In this document: positions 56,890 to 64,000 of the stretch, one piece after another | Layout: each line of letters begins with the position of its first letter | How positions within the stretch are numbered: position 1 is the first letter of the stretch | Assembly (NCBI GenBank): GCA_045133095.1 | Contig: JBGUTP010000004.1 | Span: forward strand, 142,873-206,872 | Source of the DNA: Candidatus Enterousia sp. | Lineage (GTDB): Bacteria > Pseudomonadota > Alphaproteobacteria > Rs-D84 | Direction of reading: 5' to 3' | Length of the DNA: 64,000 bases | Position numbers and translations under genes: made by a program | The notes under the pieces: generated by a model | Told to the model about the DNA's origin: nothing | Seen by the model: only the letters and a program-made list of their open reading frames with translations | The model's database searches: none

Positions 56890-59800
56890 CTAATCTACTT
56901 TCTTTGGTGTCATCGCCAGACCCAATCCACGCAATTCGCGAACGAATACGTTAAAGGCTTCTGGGGTGCCAGTCTGAATATCATTGCTGCCGGAAATGAT
57001 GGCTTCGTACATCTTGTTTCGACCGGTGATATCGTCAGACTTTACCGTCAACATTTCACGCAGCAAGTGGGCGGCACCATGGGCTTCTAATGCCCATACT
57101 TCCATTTCACCCAAACGCTGACCACCCATGTGGGCTTTACCTGATAACGGCTGTTGTGTTACCAAGGAATAGTTCCCAATCGAACGTGCGTGAATCTTTT
57201 CATCAACAAAGTGATGCAGTTTCAGCATGTACATAACACCAACAGTGACCGGACGGGCAAACTTTTCACCAGTCATACCGTCATACAAGTCAAACTGACC
57301 TGTTTCTGGTAATTTTGCCAATTTCAGCATCTTGCGAATGTCTTCTGGGGTGGCACCGTCAAATGTTGGCGTCGCCATTGGAACACCATCACGCAACAAT
57401 GCCGCCTGGGCGCGAACATCTGTGTCCGTCATCTTTTCCAGTTTTTCGGCAGTTTCTTTGCCATAAACCTTGCCCATGATATTGCGCAAGTCCGCAGAAA
57501 CAGCACGTTTGGCCTTAACTTCGTCCAAAACCGCACCAATCTGGGCGCCCAATGTACGCGCCGCCATACCAAGGTGGGTTTCCAAAATCTGACCAATGTT
57601 CATACGTGAAGGCACACCCAATGGATTCAGTACCAAATCAACCGGTGTTCCGTCCGCCAAGTGTGGCATATCTTCAACAGGAACAACCTTGGATACAATA
57701 CCCTTGTTTCCGTGACGTCCCGCCATCTTGTCACCAGGCTGCAGTTTCATTTTGTGTGCAATGTAAACTTTGACCTCTTTCAAAACGCCGGCATTTAAAG
57801 AATTGCTTTCTGCGGCAATCTTAATAGCCTTGGCTGCCTTGATATGCATGGCGATTAACTTTTCCATGTATTCCTTGCATTTCTTGTCCAATGCTGCCTG
57901 AACAGTGGCGTCTTTGACAACCAACTTTTTGACATCAGACGGACGAATGCCTTCGAAGACTTCGGAATTCAGTTTTTTGCCAATAAATGGTGACAAACTG
58001 CCCGCACCGGATTCCAGACCAATCTTTCTTTGGATATTATCAATTATATCCTTGCGGTCTTTGGCATCCTTTAAGTCCTGGGCCAAAACGGCACGTTCAA
58101 CCATGCTCTTGAATTCATTAACGCGTGATTTCGCGCCAGATTCATCAGAGATAACCTGCCCTTCGGCAATTTGGAACGCCTGGTCCGCAAACCCGCGTTC
58201 AATAATCGCAGATTCTTCCGCACAGTCCTTGTTGATTTTTTCTATCTTTTGCAATTCAATCATCTGGGTACGGTCGTCTTTTTTAACACCATGACGTGTC
58301 AAGATATTAACACCGATAACAGTACCTTCTTCGTTTGGTCCAACACGCAATGATGTATCTTTTACATTCAATGCCTTTTCACCAAAGATGTTGCGCAACA
58401 GTGCTTCTTCTGGGGTTAATAATGTTTCAGATTTTGGTGTTACACGACCAACCAAAATGTCACCCTGTTTCACGCGTGCGCCAACATAGATGATTCCGGA
58501 TTCGTCCAGATTCTTTAATGCTTCTTCGCTGACATTTGGAATGTCACGTGTCAAAGCTTCTGGTCCTAATTGAGTGTCACGAACCTTGAATTCTTTTTCA
58601 ACAATCTTGACTGATGTGAACACGTCATCGCGCGAGATACGTTCCGAAATAACAATAGAGTCTTCATAATTATAACCGCGCCATGGCATAAAGGCAACCA
58701 ACACATTGCGACCCAATGCCAATTCACCATAATTCATTGCAGAACCGTCCGCAATGATGTCGCCTTCGGAAATACGATCGCCGACCTTGACCAATGGTTT
58801 CTGGTGAATCAGTGTCTCACTGTTAGAACGTTCGAATTTTTCCAGATTGTAAATATCTACGCCCTTAACCTCGTTGCGGCTGTTCATGCATTTTACCACG
58901 ATACGGTTCGCATCAACAGATTCCACGACACCACTGTGTTTTGCAACCTTACCAGTGCGTGAATCACGTGCCACTTCGCGTTCAATGCCAGTACCAACCA
59001 GTGGTGCCTGAACACGCAATAATGGAACAGCCTGACGTTGCATGTTAGAACCCATCAATGCACGGTTCGCGTCGTCATTTTCAACGAATGGAATCAAACC
59101 TGTTGCAATGGACACCACCTGACGTGGTTCAACGTCGATTAAGTCAATTTCATCCTTTGGCACCATGGTAAATTCACCGTCAACACGCGCAGTTACCGTG
59201 TCGTCCGCCAAATTTCCTTTGGTGTCAACAGGGGTGTTACCCTGGGCAATTTTATGACCAAATTCTTCGTCCGCGGTCAGATATATCTTCTTGTCTGTTA
59301 CTTTTCCATTTTCAACAATATAATATGGCGTTTCAATGAACCCGTATGGATTAACACGCGCATAAGTGGACAAGTGGTTAATCAGACCAATGTTCGCACC
59401 TTCTGGGGTGTGAATTGGACACAGACGACCATAATGCGTTGGGTGAACGTCGCGGACGTCAATACCCGCACGGTCACGGTTCAGACCGCCAGGACCCAAT
59501 GCAGAAATCAGACGCTTATGTTCCAGTTCAGATAATGGATTGTATGCATCCATAAACTGAGACAACTGAGACGTACCCAAAAATTCAGAAACCAAAGACA
59601 TTAATGGTTTTACATTAACAACATCTTGTGGCTGCATAGTGGCAATATTCTGAGATGACAGATTTTCACGAACCAGACGTTCAATGCGAACCATACCTGT
59701 ACGGAAATTCTGTTCCAGCAATTCACCAACCGTGCGAACGCGACGATTAGACAGGTTGTCAATGTCATCAACTGTGTCTTTACGGTCAATGATGTTAGTC

Positions 59801-61212
59801 AGTGTTTTTAACACCGCCAAGAAATCAGCCTTGGTCAACAAACGTTCTTCTTCTGGCTTTTTATTAGACTTGATTTTCAAACGCTTGTTCATCTTGAAAC
59901 GACCAACCGCAGACAAATCATAGTACGCCAAATCAAAGCCCTGACGTTGGAACAACGTGATTGCGGCTTCTAATGTTGGACGTTCGCCTGGACGAATGAT
60001 GTTATAAATTTCAATCAACGCTTCTTCACGATTTGTGGTTTTGTCCGCCATCAATGTGTTACGCATGTGGGCGCTGATTGTGTTGTTATCAATAGAAATC
60101 AGGCTGATTTGTTTGATATTCTTTTCGTCTAAATCACGCAAGACTTCTTCGGTGATTTCTGTTCCCGCAGGATATACAACTTCGTCACCAGACATAATCG
60201 CATCAAACAAATATTCGCCAATCAAAGATTCTGGCAAAATACCAAATTCCTTGGTTTCCAACAGTTTTTTCATGCGTTTAGCATTCAAACGGTCGCCCTT
60301 GGATGCAATTGTTTTTTTGTCTTTGATACCGAACAAATCATAGTTCAAGCGATATTTGTCCAAACCTTCAAAACTGGCAGTTTCGCCGGTCCACATTTTA
60401 CCGTTAAAGGTCAATGGGATACGGTTATAGAACACAGACAGGATTTCCGCATCTGACATGCCACGAATTGATGGTTTGCGTGGGTCCGCCAACCATTTCT
60501 TTTCGTCTTCTGCAGATGGCAGACAACGCAACAAAACCGTGGCCGGGATTTTACGACGACGGTCGATGCGTACATAAATCACACCCTTGGATTCTTCAAA
60601 ATCAATCCAAGAACCGTGTTCTGGAATAATACGGGCAGTATATGTCGTAGGATTACCAGCAACTTTTGATTCTTTGGTCGTAGCAAACACAACGCCTTGG
60701 GCGCGGTGCATCTGAGACACAATAACACGCTCAACACCAGATGCGATAAAACTGCCGCGTTCTGTCATTAACGGCACTTCGCCCATAAATATTTCTTGTT
60801 CAATTTCGTGGATCGGAATTCTTGGTGCGCCTTTGACCTCTTCAGGAGAATCATATACTTTCAATCTCAGCTTCAGTTTTAACTTGCTGGAGTATGTCAT
60901 GTTGCGCAACATGCATTCTTTTACATTGTAATCGGATTTATCCAATGTATATTCTACGAATTCCAATTCGGCAATGCCGGTATAGTCTTTGATTGGAAAG
61001 ATAGATTTGAATACATTTTGCAACCCCACGTCTTCGCGTTCAGCGGGTGGGACATCTGCCTGCAAGAAATTGTTATAGGAATTATGTTGAATTTCAACTA
61101 AATCAGGAAGCGGAGTTTGCAAAAAACTTTTACCAAAAGATTTTCTAAGTTTCTGGATAACTGCCATCGGTTTTAATCCTTTTTTTTGTGCGTTTTGCAA
61201 ACGATGTGACAT
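56890..61212 (-). CDS. rpoB: DNA-directed RNA polymerase subunit beta
   Basis: Conserved beta-subunit blocks throughout. 1440 aa as called; the true start may be the Met at codon 16 (MAVIQKLRKSFGK). Confidence 0.97.
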   Translation of the reverse strand: MSHRLQNAQKKGLKPMAVIQKLRKSFGKSFLQTPLPDLVEIQHNSYNNFLQADVPPAEREDVGLQNVFKSIFPIKDYTGIAELEFVEYTLDKSDYNVKECMLRNMTYSSKLKLKLRLKVYDSPEEVKGAPRIPIHEIEQEIFMGEVPLMTERGSFIASGVERVIVSQMHRAQGVVFATTKESKVAGNPTTYTARIIPEHGSWIDFEESKGVIYVRIDRRRKIPATVLLRCLPSAEDEKKWLADPRKPSIRGMSDAEILSVFYNRIPLTFNGKMWTGETASFEGLDKYRLNYDLFGIKDKKTIASKGDRLNAKRMKKLLETKEFGILPESLIGEYLFDAIMSGDEVVYPAGTEITEEVLRDLDEKNIKQISLISIDNNTISAHMRNTLMADKTTNREEALIEIYNIIRPGERPTLEAAITLFQRQGFDLAYYDLSAVGRFKMNKRLKIKSNKKPEEERLLTKADFLAVLKTLTNIIDRKDTVDDIDNLSNRRVRTVGELLEQNFRTGMVRIERLVRENLSSQNIATMQPQDVVNVKPLMSLVSEFLGTSQLSQFMDAYNPLSELEHKRLISALGPGGLNRDRAGIDVRDVHPTHYGRLCPIHTPEGANIGLINHLSTYARVNPYGFIETPYYIVENGKVTDKKIYLTADEEFGHKIAQGNTPVDTKGNLADDTVTARVDGEFTMVPKDEIDLIDVEPRQVVSIATGLIPFVENDDANRALMGSNMQRQAVPLLRVQAPLVGTGIEREVARDSRTGKVAKHSGVVESVDANRIVVKCMNSRNEVKGVDIYNLEKFERSNSETLIHQKPLVKVGDRISEGDIIADGSAMNYGELALGRNVLVAFMPWRGYNYEDSIVISERISRDDVFTSVKIVEKEFKVRDTQLGPEALTRDIPNVSEEALKNLDESGIIYVGARVKQGDILVGRVTPKSETLLTPEEALLRNIFGEKALNVKDTSLRVGPNEEGTVIGVNILTRHGVKKDDRTQMIELQKIEKINKDCAEESAIIERGFADQAFQIAEGQVISDESGAKSRVNEFKSMVERAVLAQDLKDAKDRKDIIDNIQRKIGLESGAGSLSPFIGKKLNSEVFEGIRPSDVKKLVVKDATVQAALDKKCKEYMEKLIAMHIKAAKAIKIAAESNSLNAGVLKEVKVYIAHKMKLQPGDKMAGRHGNKGIVSKVVPVEDMPHLADGTPVDLVLNPLGVPSRMNIGQILETHLGMAARTLGAQIGAVLDEVKAKRAVSADLRNIMGKVYGKETAEKLEKMTDTDVRAQAALLRDGVPMATPTFDGATPEDIRKMLKLAKLPETGQFDLYDGMTGEKFARPVTVGVMYMLKLHHFVDEKIHARSIGNYSLVTQQPLSGKAHMGGQRLGEMEVWALEAHGAAHLLREMLTVKSDDITGRNKMYEAIISGSNDIQTGTPEAFNVFVRELRGLGLAMTPKKVD

Positions 61213-61358
61213 AGATATGCCACGACTTTTTCTTATTTTTGACTTACGTCTTTTTTACGCCTGTGTGCCCGCATAGGGATTTTCCCCACGCGGGCGGCGT
61301 TTTGTCGTATGTTCTACGACAGATTCTTATCAGAACCATGCGGTTCCAAAGGTACGAA

Positions 61359-61724
61359 TTATTTTACTTCGACCTTGGCACCAGCTGCTTCCAATGTTGC
61401 CTTCAGCTTATCAGCTTCGTCTTTTGCAACACCTTCTTTGACAGCCTTTGGCGCAGATTCAACCAAAGCTTTCGCTTCGCCCAAACCTAAGCCTGTGATG
61501 TCTTTAACAGCCTTGATAACAGCCAATTTGTTTGCGCCAACTTCAGCCAAGACAACATCAAATTCTGTCTTTTCTTCTGCCGCCGCAGCAACAGGACCAG
61601 CAGCAACTGCAACAGCAGCAGCAGCACTTACGCCCCATGTTTCTTCTAACGCTTTGGACAATTCAACTGCTTCCAAAACGGTCAATTTTGACAATTCTTC
61701 AACTAATTTCTGAATGTCTGCCAT
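61359..61724 (-). CDS. rplL: 50S ribosomal protein L7/L12
   Basis: [32 protein letters not shown]..., Ala-rich hinge, and a C-terminal domain ending KVEVK. Confidence 0.97.
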   Translation of the reverse strand: MADIQKLVEELSKLTVLEAVELSKALEETWGVSAAAAVAVAAGPVAAAAEEKTEFDVVLAEVGANKLAVIKAVKDITGLGLGEAKALVESAPKAVKEGVAKDEADKLKATLEAAGAKVEVK

Positions 61725-61773
61725 TTTATTACTCCTAATTTTTGTTTTAGGTCAGAATATCGATATTCTGATT

Positions 61774-62253
61774 TTATTGTTCTTTTTTTCCATACTCTGC
61801 AGAAACGCGCGCAAGACGTGAACCTGGTTCGACCAAGATACGTGCAATTGTGCCACGAATTTCCAACAGGGAAGGAAGCTTGGATAATTGCATAACGCCG
61901 TCACAATCCAGAACGTCTGCATCCATTTTACCACCAATGATTGTCAAATTTGGATGTTCATCAGCAAATTTAGCCAATACCTTGGTAACCGCCAAACCAT
62001 CTGTTGCAACCGCAACAGCCGTTGGGCGTTTCAACATATCAGATACAGGTTCAAAATCGGTGTCTTTCAACGCCAATTTCATCAAACGGTTTTTGACAAC
62101 TTTGAATACCGCAACCAATGGACGCAATTCATTACGCAAGGTTTCGAATTCTTTTACAGTCAAACCATTGTTTTCAATAACGAAAACACCGTTCGCTTCT
62201 TTCAGGGACGACTGCAACGCTGAAATCAAATCTGATTTTTCTTCGCGTTTCAT
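61774..62253 (-). CDS. rplJ: 50S ribosomal protein L10
   Basis: Sits between rplA and rplL. Length and composition fit L10. Confidence 0.85.
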   Translation of the reverse strand: MKREEKSDLISALQSSLKEANGVFVIENNGLTVKEFETLRNELRPLVAVFKVVKNRLMKLALKDTDFEPVSDMLKRPTAVAVATDGLAVTKVLAKFADEHPNLTIIGGKMDADVLDCDGVMQLSKLPSLLEIRGTIARILVEPGSRLARVSAEYGKKEQ

Positions 62254-62440
62254 CTATTTTTCCTTCAAGCTTCTGTTTTGTTAACTTTCCATCCGGATTT
62301 ACCCGGGTGGGGCTTTGGTTCCTGCCCCAAAGAATCTTTTCTTTGTCTATGATGGGAATTAAGCAACAAAATTGTCACACCATCAGTCTTGGACAGAAAT
62401 CTGTTCATGCGACGCATGTTTTCACACACGTCGCATTTAA
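62254..62440 (-). promoter_or_regulatory. Putative L10 (rplJ) leader region
   Basis: 187-nt untranslated gap between rplA and rplJ containing the gcgacgcatgttttcacacacgtcgc stem-loop. The L10(L12)4 autoregulatory leader is placed here in many bacteria. Confidence 0.35.
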
Positions 62441-63115
62441 TTATTTTGCATCAACCTTTAAACCAGGTCCCTGGGTTGTCGCAACGGACACGCCCAAGAT
62501 ATACTGACCCTTGGATGAAGCAGGTTTAACTTTCTTTAACTGATCAATCAAAGCAACCGCATTTTCAACCAATTTGTCTGTTGCAAATGACATCTTGCCA
62601 ATACCAGCGTGGATGATACCTTTCTTTTCTGCACGGTATTCAATCTGACCCGCCTTTGCAGTCGCAACCGCATCAGCAACATTGTTTGTAACAGTACCCA
62701 ATTTTGGATTCGGCATCAAACCCTTTGGTCCCAAAACACGCGCAATCTTTGACATTTTTGGCATCATGTCTGGTGTTGCAATTACACGGTCAAAATTGAT
62801 ATTGCCCGCCGCAACCGCATCAATCAAATCTTCGGCACCAACAACATCAGCACCCGCTTTCTTTGCTTCGTCCTGTGCGTTTGCAGTAAATACCGCAACA
62901 CGAACAGATTTGCCTGTGCCGTTTGGCAAAGACAACATACCACGAATATTCTGATCAGCCTTGGTCACATCGATACCCAAACGGATAGCAATTTCCAATG
63001 TTTCATCAAATTTCTTGGATGTATATTCACGCAACGCTTCGATTGCATCAGCCAAAGAATACACTTTGTCTGTGTCCAAATTCTTCCAAGTCTGCTGTTT
63101 CTTTGTTAATTTCAT
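62441..63115 (-). CDS. rplA: 50S ribosomal protein L1
   Basis: MKLTKKQQTWKNL...ETLEIAIRLGIDVTKADQNIRG. Confidence 0.95.
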   Translation of the reverse strand: MKLTKKQQTWKNLDTDKVYSLADAIEALREYTSKKFDETLEIAIRLGIDVTKADQNIRGMLSLPNGTGKSVRVAVFTANAQDEAKKAGADVVGAEDLIDAVAAGNINFDRVIATPDMMPKMSKIARVLGPKGLMPNPKLGTVTNNVADAVATAKAGQIEYRAEKKGIIHAGIGKMSFATDKLVENAVALIDQLKKVKPASSKGQYILGVSVATTQGPGLKVDAK

Positions 63116-63119
63116 GATA

Positions 63120-63551
63120 TTATTCCTCCACCTTTACGCCCATAGAACGGCATTGACCCGCAACAATGTTCATAGCAGATTCAATGGTAGAGCAATTCAA
63201 GTCCGGCATTTTTGCTTCGGCAATTTCTTTCAACTGCGCCTTAGACAATGTGCCAACAAAATCACGACCTGGTTTGTGTGAACCAATCTTCAATTTTAAT
63301 GCTTTCTTGATATAGTACGACACAGGAGGCAATTTCATAATGAATTCGAAACTGCGGTCCGTATAAACAGTGATAATACATGGAATTGGCATTCCAGGTT
63401 CTTTATCAGATGTTTTGTCGTTAAACTGTTTGCAGAATTCTGCGATGTTTACACCAGCAGCACCCAACGCCGGACCAATTGGTGGCGCAGGATTTGCCTG
63501 CTTTGCAGGGACGACCAATTTGACCAATCCCTTAACTTCTTTCTTTGCCAT
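63120..63551 (-). CDS. rplK: 50S ribosomal protein L11
   Basis: [44 protein letters not shown]. Confidence 0.95.
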   Translation of the reverse strand: MAKKEVKGLVKLVVPAKQANPAPPIGPALGAAGVNIAEFCKQFNDKTSDKEPGMPIPCIITVYTDRSFEFIMKLPPVSYYIKKALKLKIGSHKPGRDFVGTLSKAQLKEIAEAKMPDLNCSTIESAMNIVAGQCRSMGVKVEE

Positions 63552-63654
63552 TTTTCACTCCGTTTTTTTTCGTTTGTGTCGTGGTACGATATGGCGTATC
63601 TACCACGGTTTGCTGTGATTTTACATGATATTTTTCAGAAAACCACAAAAATTT

Positions 63655-63828
63655 TTACTTTTTTCGCGCCCTGGACATTTCCATCGCCGCACCCACAACT
63701 GCTTTGCGATTTTCATCAATCATTTTGCGCAATTCAGGACTCATTTTGTATTCATGATTGGCCTTACGAATATTTTGTATCGTAACCTCTACACGAATTT
63801 CACCAAAAGCATCCCTTGTTATCTTCAT
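63655..63828 (-). CDS. Unlisted 57-codon ORF between nusG and rplK (hypothetical; may be non-coding leader)
   Basis: The ATG lies 4 nt after the nusG stop, in frame. It translates as MKITRDAFGEIRVEVTIQNIRKANHEYKMSPELRKMIDENRKAVVGAAMEMSRARKK. It is not in the ORF track (<60 aa). Confidence 0.2.
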   Translation of the reverse strand: MKITRDAFGEIRVEVTIQNIRKANHEYKMSPELRKMIDENRKAVVGAAMEMSRARKK

Positions 63829-63831
63829 ACA

Positions 63832-64000
63832 CTAGACCCGTTCAACCTGACTGAATTCCAGTTCCATACTGGTTTCGCGACCAAACACAACAACCAAAAC
63901 AACCATTTTTTGTCTAACGTTATCAACTTCGGTCACAATTCCATTAAATGTCATAAACGGACCGTCGATAATATGAACTTCTTGACCAACTTCATATTCG
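63832..64000 (-). CDS. nusG: Transcription antiterminator NusG (3' part; 5' end beyond window)
   Basis: The reverse complement ends ...VFGRETSMELEFSQVERV*, a KOW-domain C-terminus. It sits in the expected position upstream of rplK. Confidence 0.85.
   Translation of the reverse strand, partial: EYEVGQEVHIIDGPFMTFNGIVTEVDNVRQKMVVLVVVFGRETSMELEFSQVERV

Noticed and set aside
52720-61738. Dozens of 60-200-aa ORFs on the plus strand inside rpoC, rpoB and rplL
   Set aside because: Shadow ORFs inside highly conserved essential genes.
63576-63785. 69-aa plus-strand ORF in the nusG-rplK spacer
   Set aside because: Opposite strand to the whole ribosomal operon. Aromatic/odd composition. Less plausible than the minus-strand 57-codon frame, which is itself uncertain.
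1-64000. CRISPR arrays, rRNA genes, IS transposases
   Set aside because: No spaced short direct repeats, no rRNA-like conserved stretches and no DDE/HTH transposase ORFs were recognised anywhere in the window.

Overview
The window reads as an alphaproteobacterium-type chromosome segment: the right third is the conserved nusG-rplK-rplA-rplJ-rplL-rpoB-rpoC block, followed leftwards by rpmF-plsX, and olsB-olsA ornithine-lipid genes sit mid-window. Ankyrin-repeat, Pmp-like autotransporter and K/E-rich repeat proteins suggest a host-associated or intracellular lifestyle. This taxonomic and lifestyle reading is inferred from gene content only.

The right ~40 kb (about 25-64 kb) is mostly housekeeping: sodB, proS, olsBA, mltB, hemW, an M13 peptidase, galE, a PLD-family lipoprotein, tRNA-Arg(CCT), fabH, ihfA, an orphan mraZ, ldh, a spermidine-synthase-like membrane protein, plsX, rpmF, rpoBC and the L11/L1/L10/L7-L12 genes. 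Envelope and surface genes and several hypothetical secreted proteins are interspersed.

The left ~21 kb is accessory, in three parts:
- About 0.3-9.0 kb looks like an integrated mobile element. It carries an AlpA-like HTH, a tyrosine integrase, a multi-zinc-ribbon DUF559-like endonuclease with a NUMOD-like C-terminal DNA-binding domain, a YolD/Y-family polymerase cassette, and a 1048-aa UvrD-like SF1 helicase. The helicase has an inserted PD-(D/E)xK-like segment and four N-terminal repeats, and is a candidate single-gene defence or novel system.
- Two about 90%-identical NUDIX (mutT-like) genes plus a 90-nt 5' fragment of the same gene bracket two islands.
- Island A (9.5-18.1 kb) is a divergent cluster of an FkbM methyltransferase, a hexapeptide acetyltransferase, GT2, a radical-SAM/SPASM enzyme, an HD-like protein, a 455-aa unknown protein, a proline-iminopeptidase-like hydrolase and GT4. 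It is a candidate uncharacterised glycan or peptide modification pathway.
- Island B (18.3-19.8 kb) is a single 520-aa protein with an N-terminal transmembrane segment, a basic middle region, a 72-bp tandem repeat and a RecB/Cas4-type nuclease motif.

No CRISPR arrays, rRNA or transposases were seen. Coordinates near tRNA, rpmF and the small ORFs were hand-counted and may be off by 1-2 nt.
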